Below, in pieces: positions 10,281 through 21,328 of a DNA stretch of 53,902 nt (its first letter is position 1; each line of letters opens with the position of its first letter). A program made the translations under genes and the position numbers. The notes below the pieces were generated by a model that saw nothing but the letters and a program-made list of their open reading frames with translations, did not search any database and was not told where the DNA came from. Source of the stretch: a virus (lineage: Duplodnaviria > Caudoviricetes); the IMG/VR virus record IMGVR_UViG_3300032296_000199, positions 1 through 53,902 of that record; one strand, written 5' to 3'.

Positions 10281-13200
10281 ATGCCTACATATCAAGTTGA
10301 TGTTGGAAACAAAACCTATGAAGTAGATGCGCCGGATTCCAACACTGCTTGGCAGTGGGCTAACTTTACCCATTCAAAAGCACCTAAAGAACCTGTTGCA
10401 TCTAAAGAACGTACTTTTGGTGAAGCCTTTACTGACATAGGTGCGGCAGGTCTTGGCGGTATTGGCTCTCTTGTTCAGTTGCCCGGTCAACTGTATGGCC
10501 TAGCCACTGGAGACTTTTCTAAGACAGGTGCTTTGGGCGCTGGGCAAGAACTTGAAGAATATGCTAAAGGACTCAAGTCCAAAGGCTTGCTTGCCCGTGA
10601 AGCCGCACGCGATGTGGCTATGCAGAACGCTGAAAAACAAGGTCAGTTTCAAGCGTTTAAGACTGCTATTGGTCAGACTGTTTCTGATCCTGCTTTGTTG
10701 TCTACATTCCTTGCAGAACAATTACCACAGATAATCCCTGCCGCTTTAACAGGCGGTGCTACTGCCGCAGCTACATCCGGCAACGTATTGGCAAAAGCAG
10801 CTACTAGACAAATCTCTAAAGAAGCCGCAGAGAAAGTGGCACAGCGCGAGGCTATTCGTGCAGGTACTACTGCCGCAGTTGGTACAGGCGCAGTGCAACA
10901 AGGCGCAGACATTGGCGCTGGCACTTACGATGAAGTGGTCAAAGAACTTGTAAGCAAGGGTGCAACTCCTGAACAAGCCGGACAAGCCGCTATCAATCTG
11001 GCAAGGGCTTCTGGCGTATCGGGCGCGGCTCTGTCTCTTATTGCCAATAGGTATTTACCCGGGGGTCAAGCCTTGGAGCGAGTGTTGGCCGGTGGGACAA
11101 CAGGCAAAGGCATCATCACGGGTGCGGCTACGGGTGCGGTCAAAGAACTGCCAAGCGAGATACTGGAAGAAACAGGCGGCAGATTTACACAGAACCTTGC
11201 CTTGCGCGAAGTCAAACCAGAGCAAAGCCTTACACAAGGACTGGGCGCAACTGCTGGTCAAGCGGCACTTGGTGCAGTGGGTCTGGGCGGTGTAGCTGGA
11301 GCTATTGGTGGACGTGGTGGTGCTACGCCTGAAGTACCTGTTGATCAACAACAAGAACCTGTTGTAACACCTGCGCCCACTGCGGCTCCTGAAGAAGAAA
11401 AAGAACGCACGCTCGAGGAGTTACTTGCCACTGGCAAACGTCCACCTCCTGAATACAAAGCGCCAGAGGGTGTGACTATTACTGCGCCCAAAGGCTCACT
11501 AGATGAGCTTGAGCAGATTATTGCTGCACAGCAGCAAAAGTACGATAACCGTCAAAAAGAAATTGAAGGTAAACAGGCGTTAAATCAAAACCCCAAAAAT
11601 CAAATCAAAGCCAATGAACAACTTGCTGCTGAACTTACATCAATGCGGGAAGCGCTTGCCAAAAGGATTGAGGCTGGAGAAACGTATGTTGCAAAATCTG
11701 ACCAAGGAACAGGTGGAGATGGCTCTGGAGTATCTGTACCACCAAGTAATAATGTACCCCCCGCCGAAGGAGTTGGAGCACCTGAACGAGGCGGAGTGGA
11801 TAGTACTGGACAAGATGCTGGAGGGCTTGATACGGGAGCAGCAGGACAGCAGACTGCAATAACACCACCAGCAGAAACACAAGTTGTAAAACCCACAGGA
11901 GCAGACGTTGGCACTCAAACCACTCAAACCAAGCAAGCAGAAGCGCAAGGACAAAAACCACCCGCAGCCCCCGTTGTAAAGACTGCTGCACAGCAAGACG
12001 AAGACTTGCTTAATAATCTCTTTGGAGATGATGGTCTTCCGTCAACTGGTTCTGCGCGTCGTACCCAAGCACAGATTGCAAAAGATAATCAGATTGAGGC
12101 GCTTGGTAAAAAATACGGATTAGCGCAACGCGATGGTGAGTCACAACAAGAATTTGGTAAACGCTTGCGCAGTGCTGTTGCGTTTGAAAAAGAACGTGAA
12201 GGCAAGCCGCTTGGCGCTATGAGTACGCAGGCAATTGCAGGGCAGGATATTAAAGAAGCGCAAGGGTACTTTCCACCTCAAGAGCAACGTGACTTGTACG
12301 AAGAAACGCGCCAAGAATACAACCAACGTGTTGATGAACAGATCAAAGCAGGTGAGGCAACTGAAGATGACAAACTCCCTGCCTATAAAGAACTGAGTGA
12401 TGATGATCGTCGCGTTTATTTCCGTGACAACATTCAGCAGAACAACCAAGTAGAACACGACAAAGCAGTCAAAGTATTGGCTGAGCATTTGTCTGATAAA
12501 CGTTCCGAAAGCCGTGCCGCGCCAGAGTATCAACGAACTGAAGCAACGGATCAAATTCGTGCGCAGAAAAGTTACGAGCGTGAACGTGGTGGTTTTGGGT
12601 CTAAGACAGGTATGGCGTATACATTCCCCGGATGGAATAGTTTGTCAGACGAAAGCCGTAGACTCTTTGCAAGTCTTAACCAAACCGATACTGTCCTTGA
12701 ACAAGACGTGGCGTTTCGTGCCGTAAAGAAACAAGTTCAAAAAGAAAAGTTAGAAGAACAGTCTCGTGAAAGATTGCAAGAAGCAGAAAGCCGCGCAAAA
12801 CAAGAGATGCTTGCGGCTGCGGAAAGAGCTCGCGCTAGTCAGCCATCAGGCAAAGGAGCCGTACTTCCTAAAAATATTGTAGAAGCCTTATTTAATGGTG
12901 ACATCAAAACTGTACTTAACTATTTATCTTCTGATGAGTCTAAAGGCATAAAGAGTCCAAGCAAAGAACGCAATATATTTACCCGTCAAATTTTTCGGTT
13001 GTTGGCTAGTTCTCTTAATAGCATTGAAAACTTCCGTGTAAATGTTGTGTTTGATGAAAACATGACTTTGGCTAATATTGCCAAGTACGATGCCAACACC
13101 AATACGTTGTATGTAGGCCCCAAAGGACTTGATGAAGCCACAATTCTTCACGAGCTTACTCACGCTGCAACAGTCAAACTTGTCCATCAATTCTTTACGG

Positions 13201-16200
13201 ACAAAACTAAACTGCCTCCAAACGTTGTAAAGGCAATTGAAAACATTCAAACAATTGCATCTGCTGCACAAAAATTATTGGGTAAAAAATACCCCAATGC
13301 GTTTGATAATCTGTATGAGTTTATAGCCTACGCTATGACCGACTTGGATTTCCAAAATGATTTAGCAAGTAAACAAATACCAAGACTTGCTACTGTTACA
13401 GAAAAAAGCGCAGAGCAAGCGCAAGCGGTGCAAGATGAACGCGCATTTAACATAAAGGGATATGACTTTATGTTTGACAACCTGTGGAAATATTTCACAG
13501 GAAACTTGGCATTCATGTATCAATTGTTTACGCCAAAGCCTAAATCTCAAAGGCTTTTAGTTCCTGTTGATTACTACGATGAAGCAAGCAAACGCACTGT
13601 TCGCACTGGTACGTACACCAAAGCGCCTAAAAATGCGCCAGTCAGATTTACTCGACAACGTAGCGTAGGACTTGAAGGTTTATCAGAAGAAGAACGCAAA
13701 GATGCCGTACTAACCCCACTCGTTAGTGAGCTGGTTATGGAGCGCGGTGTCTCCAATTTGAAGAGTCTTATTTTGACGCAGCCCGGCTATAAAGGCAATT
13801 TGCTGCTTGAGGCGGCAGATGCGATTAGCCAGATATTTGAAGCGCCTACAGGTGGTATTGAAAAACTTGCTGGTAAAGAAGCTATTGGTTCAGAGTTATA
13901 TGCTGGGGCAAAAGGTGCGGCTGGTAAACCTATTACGCAAAAAGCGCCAAAGAAAACTACGCAACGTTCGCCTGACGAAATCATTGCAGAGCAAAAACTG
14001 CCTGATGAAAAAGGCACAAGCAAAGTTCGTGACTTTATGACCAGCACTGCTGGTGTGCGTAGACTTGCCACCATCTTTGCAAATAGCCGTTACCCCATTA
14101 AAGTATGGGAAGATGCATTGCAACGCGCAAAGAAAACAATTGATGCTGGCCCTGATCTAAACAACATCTATACACAGATCACATTGTCTGCGGCGCGTGC
14201 TAAAGATTTGTATCTGACGATGGTCAATACACCAGCTACTGAATTGCAGCAAGCTATTGGTGAATACGCAAAAGCCGCCAAGGTTGATTCTAATTTGGCG
14301 CTAAAGCAGTTGCATACATACTTCATGGCGCTGCATGAGCCAGAGCGTCGCGCAATTAAATTCTTGCGCAATGTGCCTTTGAAAAACTCAGATGTGCAAT
14401 TTAACGGGCAAACAATAAATCCTGCTGACTTCCGTCAAGATGTGCTTAATGCAGTTGAGTCTGGTAAGTTGACCAAGAAAGAAGTCAAACGTTTGCGTCA
14501 AGAGTTAGATGCAGTTGTGGCGCAATATAAAGAAGCTTCAGGTTTTAGCCCCGCTGGTTATAAAACTACTGACATGAATGGCTCAGACTACAACGTGATT
14601 GGTAATCTGTATCCTGATGAAGCAAAAGCTATTCGTGACAAGTTTGATGGCAACAAAAAGGCTGAGGCAGTAATTACTGCAATGAAAGCCATGAACGATG
14701 TGACAGCCGAGCTAAACAAGAAGGCTAACTATTGGTCTAAGCCTGTGCAAAGCGTCGTAGATTTCTACGGCTGGGATCATTACATCCCATTCAAGGGTAA
14801 AGAAATATCAGGTAGTCAAGACGGAATGCTTGACTTTGATATTCTTAAAACTGACAAGCGCTTTGCAGAAAAACTGCAAGACTTCCAAAGTGAGTTTGAA
14901 GGCCGTGAATCATGGTCAGACAATTCATTAACGCAGATCATGAGCGATGCTACACGCGCTGCAATGCGTGCTGGGCGCAAAGACTTGACGCTGGCAATTA
15001 AAAATGCAATTGACCAGAAGTTGTTGATGGGTTCAGTCAATGAAGTTAAAGGTTTAAATGGCAAGCCGATTGAGTTTGCTGACCGCAACAAAATTGATTT
15101 GGGTGAGTTGGCTGGTAAAACAACCATCTTCCATTACAACGAGAACGGCAGCATTGATGTGTTGCAGGTGTATAGCGAAGCTGAGCGCAATGCCATCCGT
15201 CGCGCATACCAGCAAACCAATCCTTTGATTGACATGCTCAACACTGTTACTAGCACTGTGGGTCAATTCCATACACGCTATAACGTGGCGTTTGCGCCAA
15301 TGAACTACTTCCGTGATATGTTGACCAATGCATTTACGATTGGTACAGACATGAATGCATCAACTGCTGCGCAATACATTGGCGCTGTTACATCGCAAGT
15401 TGTGAACGGTGGTATGTATAAGACATGGAAGATTGCTAGTCTGTATAACTCTGGCAAGATGGCTGAACTTAATGCGTTTGTTGCTAAAGATAAATCAGGC
15501 TTCTCCCAAGATGTAATGGAGTACATTAAAGAAGGCGGCATGGTGTCCTATCTGCAAGGCTTGTCTGCTAAAGGCACGTTCCAGAATTTGCAAAAAGATC
15601 TAAATTCAAGTAAGCCTAAAAAGGCATTGGCTGCTATGAATGGTTTCTTTGATGTGTATGCCGACATGTTTGAATTGTCTAGCCGTACTGCTGCTTACCG
15701 CATTACCCGCAACAAACTACTACGTGAAGACAAGCTGTCTGATGAAGCCGCTAGAACTCGTGCGGCTGCGTATGTAAAAAACCTTGCAAACTTTGAGCAA
15801 GTTGGTGAGTGGGGACGGGGCGCTGGCGCAATGTTTATGTTCTTTAGACCCGCCGCTACAGGTGCAGTACGCGCTATTGAAACATTAGGGCCAATGATTC
15901 GCAGTACCGACGAAGCAGTCATGGACTTGCCGCCTGAAGTACGCAAGGATGCAAAGGCAGTTGCTGAATTCCGTAAGAATCATGAGAAGCAACGCAAAGC
16001 CGCGCAAGCTATGACATTAAGTCTAGCTGGTTTTGGTGTTGGCATGTACTTGCTGTCTATGGCACTGTCAGACGATGATGATATGGGTCGCAACCGCACT
16101 AAGACTGACGACATTAACCGTTGGGCGCGTTATGCGCGATTCCATATTCCCGGCTTAGAAACTCCAATTCAAATTCCTTGGGGCTTTGGTTTGGGCGCAT

Positions 16201-17027
16201 TTGCGGCTAGTGGCGCACAGATTGCTGCTATGGCTACTGGACAAGCATCTATTAAAGAAGGCTTTAGCAATACATTGTCTGTGATGATGGATTCATTCTT
16301 GCCGTTGCCAGTCTCGCGTATCAACATGTTTGATAACTTCCCCGCATGGTTGATGGACTCTGCGCTGCCATCTGCGGCTCGTCCTCTGTTTGAATGGCAG
16401 ATGAACATCGATGCTTTGGGTCGTGAGATTTACAACAACCGCCAGACGCGCGTGGGTGATGCGTACACAGGTGGCGATAACATTCCTGAGTTGTATAAGT
16501 CAGCCGCCCGTACTCTTGCAGATGTTACAAATGGTGCTATAGACTGGAGTCCTAATACGTTGTACTTCTTTGCCAATAACTATGCTGACGGGCCGATGCG
16601 ACTTGCGCAGACAGGCATGAATCTATCATTGCTTGCGGCTGGAGAAAAAGCGTTTAATCCAAAGACAGATACAATTTTGTTTGATAGTTTCTTTGGGTCT
16701 GCTTCAAACTACGACGCTAAACAATTTTCCGCTATTGAAAAGCAAATCAAAGATATGGAACGTAAACTCAAAATGTTTGAGTCCAATCCAGAACAATATC
16801 AAAAGTATGTTGAAGCTAACCCAATGGACGAGTATCTTGTCAAGATGTACAACGAAGGTGTCAACGGTCGCTTGAAAGAGTATCGGGAAGAAGCCAACGC
16901 TATCCGTAAGATGCCTGATCTTTCTCCCAAAGACCGTAACGATGCGCTAAAGAACATTGTGCAGATGCAGAACTTTGAGAAGCGTCACATGATCGATGCG
17001 TTTGAGATGTTTGACATCAAGCCCTAA
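10281..17027 (+). CDS. Giant internal virion protein, polyvalent-protein type, with a zincin-like HExxH domain and an LPD38-like C-terminus
   Basis: 2248 aa and the last gene of the late block; ATILHELTHAAT at ~13140-13170; C-terminal IQIPWGFG...DALGREIY segment resembles LPD38. Confidence 0.65.
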   Translation: MPTYQVDVGNKTYEVDAPDSNTAWQWANFTHSKAPKEPVASKERTFGEAFTDIGAAGLGGIGSLVQLPGQLYGLATGDFSKTGALGAGQELEEYAKGLKSKGLLAREAARDVAMQNAEKQGQFQAFKTAIGQTVSDPALLSTFLAEQLPQIIPAALTGGATAAATSGNVLAKAATRQISKEAAEKVAQREAIRAGTTAAVGTGAVQQGADIGAGTYDEVVKELVSKGATPEQAGQAAINLARASGVSGAALSLIANRYLPGGQALERVLAGGTTGKGIITGAATGAVKELPSEILEETGGRFTQNLALREVKPEQSLTQGLGATAGQAALGAVGLGGVAGAIGGRGGATPEVPVDQQQEPVVTPAPTAAPEEEKERTLEELLATGKRPPPEYKAPEGVTITAPKGSLDELEQIIAAQQQKYDNRQKEIEGKQALNQNPKNQIKANEQLAAELTSMREALAKRIEAGETYVAKSDQGTGGDGSGVSVPPSNNVPPAEGVGAPERGGVDSTGQDAGGLDTGAAGQQTAITPPAETQVVKPTGADVGTQTTQTKQAEAQGQKPPAAPVVKTAAQQDEDLLNNLFGDDGLPSTGSARRTQAQIAKDNQIEALGKKYGLAQRDGESQQEFGKRLRSAVAFEKEREGKPLGAMSTQAIAGQDIKEAQGYFPPQEQRDLYEETRQEYNQRVDEQIKAGEATEDDKLPAYKELSDDDRRVYFRDNIQQNNQVEHDKAVKVLAEHLSDKRSESRAAPEYQRTEATDQIRAQKSYERERGGFGSKTGMAYTFPGWNSLSDESRRLFASLNQTDTVLEQDVAFRAVKKQVQKEKLEEQSRERLQEAESRAKQEMLAAAERARASQPSGKGAVLPKNIVEALFNGDIKTVLNYLSSDESKGIKSPSKERNIFTRQIFRLLASSLNSIENFRVNVVFDENMTLANIAKYDANTNTLYVGPKGLDEATILHELTHAATVKLVHQFFTDKTKLPPNVVKAIENIQTIASAAQKLLGKKYPNAFDNLYEFIAYAMTDLDFQNDLASKQIPRLATVTEKSAEQAQAVQDERAFNIKGYDFMFDNLWKYFTGNLAFMYQLFTPKPKSQRLLVPVDYYDEASKRTVRTGTYTKAPKNAPVRFTRQRSVGLEGLSEEERKDAVLTPLVSELVMERGVSNLKSLILTQPGYKGNLLLEAADAISQIFEAPTGGIEKLAGKEAIGSELYAGAKGAAGKPITQKAPKKTTQRSPDEIIAEQKLPDEKGTSKVRDFMTSTAGVRRLATIFANSRYPIKVWEDALQRAKKTIDAGPDLNNIYTQITLSAARAKDLYLTMVNTPATELQQAIGEYAKAAKVDSNLALKQLHTYFMALHEPERRAIKFLRNVPLKNSDVQFNGQTINPADFRQDVLNAVESGKLTKKEVKRLRQELDAVVAQYKEASGFSPAGYKTTDMNGSDYNVIGNLYPDEAKAIRDKFDGNKKAEAVITAMKAMNDVTAELNKKANYWSKPVQSVVDFYGWDHYIPFKGKEISGSQDGMLDFDILKTDKRFAEKLQDFQSEFEGRESWSDNSLTQIMSDATRAAMRAGRKDLTLAIKNAIDQKLLMGSVNEVKGLNGKPIEFADRNKIDLGELAGKTTIFHYNENGSIDVLQVYSEAERNAIRRAYQQTNPLIDMLNTVTSTVGQFHTRYNVAFAPMNYFRDMLTNAFTIGTDMNASTAAQYIGAVTSQVVNGGMYKTWKIASLYNSGKMAELNAFVAKDKSGFSQDVMEYIKEGGMVSYLQGLSAKGTFQNLQKDLNSSKPKKALAAMNGFFDVYADMFELSSRTAAYRITRNKLLREDKLSDEAARTRAAAYVKNLANFEQVGEWGRGAGAMFMFFRPAATGAVRAIETLGPMIRSTDEAVMDLPPEVRKDAKAVAEFRKNHEKQRKAAQAMTLSLAGFGVGMYLLSMALSDDDDMGRNRTKTDDINRWARYARFHIPGLETPIQIPWGFGLGAFAASGAQIAAMATGQASIKEGFSNTLSVMMDSFLPLPVSRINMFDNFPAWLMDSALPSAARPLFEWQMNIDALGREIYNNRQTRVGDAYTGGDNIPELYKSAARTLADVTNGAIDWSPNTLYFFANNYADGPMRLAQTGMNLSLLAAGEKAFNPKTDTILFDSFFGSASNYDAKQFSAIEKQIKDMERKLKMFESNPEQYQKYVEANPMDEYLVKMYNEGVNGRLKEYREEANAIRKMPDLSPKDRNDALKNIVQMQNFEKRHMIDAFEMFDIKP

Positions 17028-17245
17028 CGCATGCGCCATGCCCGTACACCAAGGACACCGTCCTTGGTTGTTACAAATGTTTTCACTCTAACACCCGCCT
17101 TTTTGGAGGTAGTGTCTATTATGAAAAGCATGTACGCAGGGCGCATCGTAGGCACAAAGAAGCTATCCCCCACTCGCAAGGAGTGAAAGGGGAATAACCA
17201 TTCAGGCTCATTCGGTGGTTGTGGTGGCGGTGGTGTCTTCGTCAT
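17024..17245 (-). CDS. Small conserved phage protein
   Basis: FPFxxLxVGDSFFVP...GVRxWR motif; last gene of the leftward replication operon. Confidence 0.7.
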   Translation of the reverse strand: MTKTPPPPQPPNEPEWLFPFHSLRVGDSFFVPTMRPAYMLFIIDTTSKKAGVRVKTFVTTKDGVLGVRAWRMR

Positions 17246-20075
17246 CTTTGAATATCTGACTGATGTCCATTACAACTTTGTAGGCTTGCACGTTGGTAGA
17301 ACCAAATGCCGCTTTCCATCCTGCCGCCATCTGCTTGCGTGATTTCTCTTTCAAGATGCCTCTACGCTCAAGCTCACCTTCAAACCAAGTTGGGCTAAGT
17401 TTATTCTGACGTAGATATTCTTTGACTGCGCTGGTAGACAACCAAATCACACCCTCATCCACATCGGCAGTAATGCTCAGCGCATTGCGAGGCTCCATGA
17501 CATGCTTACCGTTACGGAATACCAATGCATTCTGAATGTTTTTGTTGATGAAGTCACCGAGTACGCTCTCTGCTTTGGACTCATCGTCCTCTGCCCTGCC
17601 ATCGATCAACCGGATGAAGCCTTCGCCTACAACTGTAAAGATGCGGTCAAGGTCAAACTCAGTCAGACCCATATTGTTGGTGATCTTCCCTGCAATGCGT
17701 GTTGTACTAATTAGATTAGATAGGAAACGATACTCTGCGTTCTTTGAATACTGCTCACCAACAGACAGGTATTCTGTCTTGAGGCGTTTACGCAGTTCAG
17801 GTACACCTATCTTAAACAACTCTGGTATGTACAGCGGCCCGGCGTGACCGTGATGGGTTTTTAATGATTCAAACATTAACAAGCCACGTTCATCCGTTAG
17901 CTCATACCCGGGAACCATAGGTTTGTGAATGGTTGGCTCAAGGATACGCATCTCTTCTGCATTCGTATCACCCTTGAATGTAGACATCAACTCACGAAGC
18001 TTTGTATTGGTTGTGATAATTGCAATCAGTTTGGTTACATAGGTTGCTTCGCGCTCTTGGTTGGCTGATGACATCATCCGCAGTTTGGGTTGTCCTGATG
18101 AAATGTTATAGGCAACATGAGATACCACTTTGCCATCTGTGTTTGACTGCTCATCTAGTCCATACAGAATGTTCTTGCAAGTCACCATACGATTGATCAA
18201 CGCATTCTGAGTAGCATCAAAGATTGACAGGTTTTCAGGGTGTCCCCAAATGCTCAGCGCACCGTATAGCGCACCTGTTTTACCGTAGCCTGATTTTCCA
18301 TACAGGGAAAATATTACGCCATTGATGTTGGTAAACTCAATCAGTGGACTAGCAAATCCACAGAGAACCGCGAACGCATGCCACTCATAGCCGGGATCAT
18401 TGAAGAGTTTCATAGAAGCTTTCCACCCCTCAAGCGTCCCACCTTCCTTGATATTGCGTACGACATTCTTTGAGATTGGCGACGGTGGGCAGTAACGAAT
18501 CTCTCCATCGTTCATGTACTCATTTGTGCCAAGCACAAACGATTCATGTGTCTCGGATGTCCACCCTTGTTGCACTCTCATTATGTCTGCCCTTTTTGTA
18601 TTAGTTAGAAACGTTGACCACTTCATCAAGTAGCTTGCAATGCGCGGTGCTTGCGCGGGTTCAAAAGTTACACTGTTGTTTGCTAATGCCTCTTTGAGTT
18701 TGTCAGTGGCAGCCACAGAGCGCAGTGGTAGTAGGAATTCGTTTGAGCCATCATGCGGTAGCTCAACTCGTATAAGCAAACATTCGCCATCATGGGGGCT
18801 CTTAAGGCGCTGGACTGGGTACATCGTGAAATGCAGTAGCAACTCATCAGGGTCTTGCACCATGCCTTTCTTAGTAGAACGTGGAGGAGGCGTGAAGTAC
18901 ACACCACCATTAGCTCCGCGAGAGTATGGGTACAGGAAGTCAGGGAACGCTACATATTTTTGGGTATTCGTTTCGAGCCGTATTGGTTGCGCTTCATCTT
19001 CGGCTTGTCCGGCAACTGCTGGTTCTTCAACAACGGCCTCAACGGATTTGAGGACTCGACCAAGCTCAATAGGCCCCCGCTTACCGAGGACTGATCTATG
19101 AGGACATCCATCACACCCCCCTCTGTTTTCTCTTTCAAAGGCATCGCAACTGTGCGCCCACTTTGCGCTTGAGATAGATTGGGCGCGTTTGTTCTCGACG
19201 TTCTGCCAGTCGTACCTGTCATCATGGTTGGACATGTCATGGATTGCTGAATCAGCATCTCTACACCGAGAGGCGACAGATATTCCAGCGTACCACAACG
19301 GCTCTGGACAACCATTCGTGGTGAGGATTTGTTTGAGTTGAGCACAGCCAGTCCCTTCTATTACGCTCTTGTACGCAATGATTCCAAAGTCATATTCAAA
19401 GTTGCCATTCAATTTGTCGTAGATTGCTTGGGTGTCTTCATCAAGTCCCTTGGCAACTTTTGATAGATCAAACTTCTCCTCAACTTCTCCAAGTAATTCA
19501 GTAAACAATTCAAATGGATTTGCATCTGCGTCTTGTATAACTTCACAAGGTAATGGTTCTCCTTTTAGATTCCTACTCCCAGGGGCCCGCAGTATGCGTG
19601 CGGCATCAGCTGTAACTGCCTCATCTATTGGAAAGCCACTATCTATACATAGTTGTTTGAATTTCTCCGCATAGGGCTTCCAAATATCCGTTGGTACTTC
19701 ATCAGTGAAAGGCCAGTAAGCGTGTACGCCACGTCCGGAATTTACAATTACAGGGGGTGGTAATCGCTTTTCTTCTACAAACTGATGCAGTCTGATCAGT
19801 GCGCCTTCCCACGTTGGGAATGGTTTGTTTTCACCACAGTCAAGGTCAACAAAGAATGCTCGCATGAAGATACATGCATTGGCCTTGCGTTGATACCCTT
19901 CAAATGTACCGACTCCAAAAAATGTATTGAAGTCATCGGCATCAAACTGTTGTATATATTCTAGGGCTTCATCTAGGTCTTCAGTAAACTTGGGACGGAC
20001 TACTCCGTCTTTCATTCCCACCACACAGATGTTGCCCTGCGTTGGCAATACTTTCTCGTAAAATTGTTTGTTCAT
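17208..20075 (-). CDS. Primase-helicase fusion (RepB/AEP-like primase N-terminus, DUF927 plus P-loop C-terminus)
   Basis: FFVDLD, VNSGRGVHAYW and ARILRAPG primase motifs; Cys cluster (CDAF...CDGCPH); Walker A GKSGYGKT. Start placed at ATG 20075 because a terminator occupies 20088-20113. Confidence 0.85.
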   Translation of the reverse strand: MNKQFYEKVLPTQGNICVVGMKDGVVRPKFTEDLDEALEYIQQFDADDFNTFFGVGTFEGYQRKANACIFMRAFFVDLDCGENKPFPTWEGALIRLHQFVEEKRLPPPVIVNSGRGVHAYWPFTDEVPTDIWKPYAEKFKQLCIDSGFPIDEAVTADAARILRAPGSRNLKGEPLPCEVIQDADANPFELFTELLGEVEEKFDLSKVAKGLDEDTQAIYDKLNGNFEYDFGIIAYKSVIEGTGCAQLKQILTTNGCPEPLWYAGISVASRCRDADSAIHDMSNHDDRYDWQNVENKRAQSISSAKWAHSCDAFERENRGGCDGCPHRSVLGKRGPIELGRVLKSVEAVVEEPAVAGQAEDEAQPIRLETNTQKYVAFPDFLYPYSRGANGGVYFTPPPRSTKKGMVQDPDELLLHFTMYPVQRLKSPHDGECLLIRVELPHDGSNEFLLPLRSVAATDKLKEALANNSVTFEPAQAPRIASYLMKWSTFLTNTKRADIMRVQQGWTSETHESFVLGTNEYMNDGEIRYCPPSPISKNVVRNIKEGGTLEGWKASMKLFNDPGYEWHAFAVLCGFASPLIEFTNINGVIFSLYGKSGYGKTGALYGALSIWGHPENLSIFDATQNALINRMVTCKNILYGLDEQSNTDGKVVSHVAYNISSGQPKLRMMSSANQEREATYVTKLIAIITTNTKLRELMSTFKGDTNAEEMRILEPTIHKPMVPGYELTDERGLLMFESLKTHHGHAGPLYIPELFKIGVPELRKRLKTEYLSVGEQYSKNAEYRFLSNLISTTRIAGKITNNMGLTEFDLDRIFTVVGEGFIRLIDGRAEDDESKAESVLGDFINKNIQNALVFRNGKHVMEPRNALSITADVDEGVIWLSTSAVKEYLRQNKLSPTWFEGELERRGILKEKSRKQMAAGWKAAFGSTNVQAYKVVMDISQIFKDDEDTTATTTTE

Positions 20076-20087
20076 GATCGCAGAGAC

Positions 20088-20113
20088 AAAAAGGGCGGAG
20101 TCCGGCTCCGCCC
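20088..20113 (-). terminator. Rho-independent terminator
   Basis: Minus strand GGGCGGAG-ccgga-CTCCGCCC followed by TTTTT. Confidence 0.75.
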
Positions 20114-20129
20114 GTAACAATAAGGACAG

Positions 20130-20471
20130 TTAGTCCGACTCTTTAAGCGAACTGCTTTTCAAAGGACGACCTAGAATGTCCTCTGCATAAGCCTTCGCTT
20201 GCGCAAGACTGTTGACAGGCAACAATCCGCGTCTTGTATCCTCCTCTAAGATGTCAATAAAGACTTCAATTTTGGTACGAGTGTTAGGCCGTATAGCCCC
20301 GCCCCTGAACCACGCATGTACAGTCATGCGTGAAGTCTCAAGTACTTCTGCAACATAAGATGCATTCAACCCTGCCGCGATGCAATGCTTCGCCAAATCG
20401 ATGCCAAGGTTGTACTTGCCGTTGTCTTCGTTTACAAGATCAACAAGTTTGGGGCTATACGTTCTGACCAT
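20130..20471 (-). CDS. HTH (Cro/CI-like) DNA-binding protein
   Basis: ASYVAEVLETSRMTVHAWFRG helix-turn-helix pattern. Confidence 0.7.
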   Translation of the reverse strand: MVRTYSPKLVDLVNEDNGKYNLGIDLAKHCIAAGLNASYVAEVLETSRMTVHAWFRGGAIRPNTRTKIEVFIDILEEDTRRGLLPVNSLAQAKAYAEDILGRPLKSSSLKESD

Positions 20472-21317
20472 TTACTTCTTCGCCCACTTTTTAACAATGT
20501 CACTCACATCTTCGGCAGTCTCAGGAGATGCTTTGCGAGTTGTTTCGCGCTTGACTGGCTCTGCTATTTCAGCTTGGGCAGGTGCTTCAGCTTCACTACC
20601 ACCATCAGTCTTGTAGACTGTCAAGCGGATAGCGTTCTCTGCCGCAGGGGTCTTGCCTTGACGTGCAATCACATCACGTACGTCTTCCGGTACGGCACTC
20701 ACTGGAGCAAACAACAGACGAGGCACAGGTGAGTTGATGTCAAACTGCATTTTGGTCACGATGCGACCTGCCGATACATTGTTGTTAGCCAACATTTGAA
20801 TGTATGGTCTGAAAGGCCATTTACCGCCTTCTTCTTTACCAAATGCGCTAGTTGCCGGTAGCACCAACTGATACACATCGCCTGATGGATCATTAGGCAA
20901 TACCACAGCAATGCGCCATGACAAACGGCAAGCGGAACCTGTACCGCCTTGACCTGAACCCTTGACTGACTGAGGACACTCAGCGCAAGTTGCCGCGCAT
21001 GGAGATGTAACCTCTGCGTCAGGAACTTTGGAGTCGTTAGACCAGCAAGCAGGGGACAACTTAACGCCCTTCTTGTAGGATTGGTTGTAGTATGTGCGCG
21101 ATGCCTCATGCGCCATCTTTACGATCACTACATTCATAGAGTTGTCTGTATTGACACTCTGCTCTTTACCGCCAACGATCTTGCGGAATACACGTCCCTC
21201 AATAGAGATACGCTTATTGCCTTTGGTTGCACCACCTGCTACTGCAAGTGTGTCTTCGTCAAGGCCGAGGCCAACTAAATCAGATGTGCCGAGAATGGTT
21301 GCGAGTTCGTTACTCAT
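20472..21317 (-). CDS. Putative ssDNA-binding/annealing protein
   Basis: Located in the replication operon; RISI...RTYY...PACWS...CxxCP...G.ACR pattern of a common phage SSB-like family; flexible C-terminal tail. Confidence 0.5.
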   Translation of the reverse strand: MSNELATILGTSDLVGLGLDEDTLAVAGGATKGNKRISIEGRVFRKIVGGKEQSVNTDNSMNVVIVKMAHEASRTYYNQSYKKGVKLSPACWSNDSKVPDAEVTSPCAATCAECPQSVKGSGQGGTGSACRLSWRIAVVLPNDPSGDVYQLVLPATSAFGKEEGGKWPFRPYIQMLANNNVSAGRIVTKMQFDINSPVPRLLFAPVSAVPEDVRDVIARQGKTPAAENAIRLTVYKTDGGSEAEAPAQAEIAEPVKRETTRKASPETAEDVSDIVKKWAKK

Positions 21318-21328
21318 TTTGAATTTCC

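Noticed and set aside
17024-17027. Convergent late and early genes overlapping at their stop codons with no terminator
   Set aside because: Common compaction in phage genomes; no further signal seen.
20076-20120. Upstream extension of the primase-helicase ORF (MLRAEPDSALF...)
   Set aside because: It runs through a terminator hairpin; ATG 20075 is the more plausible start.
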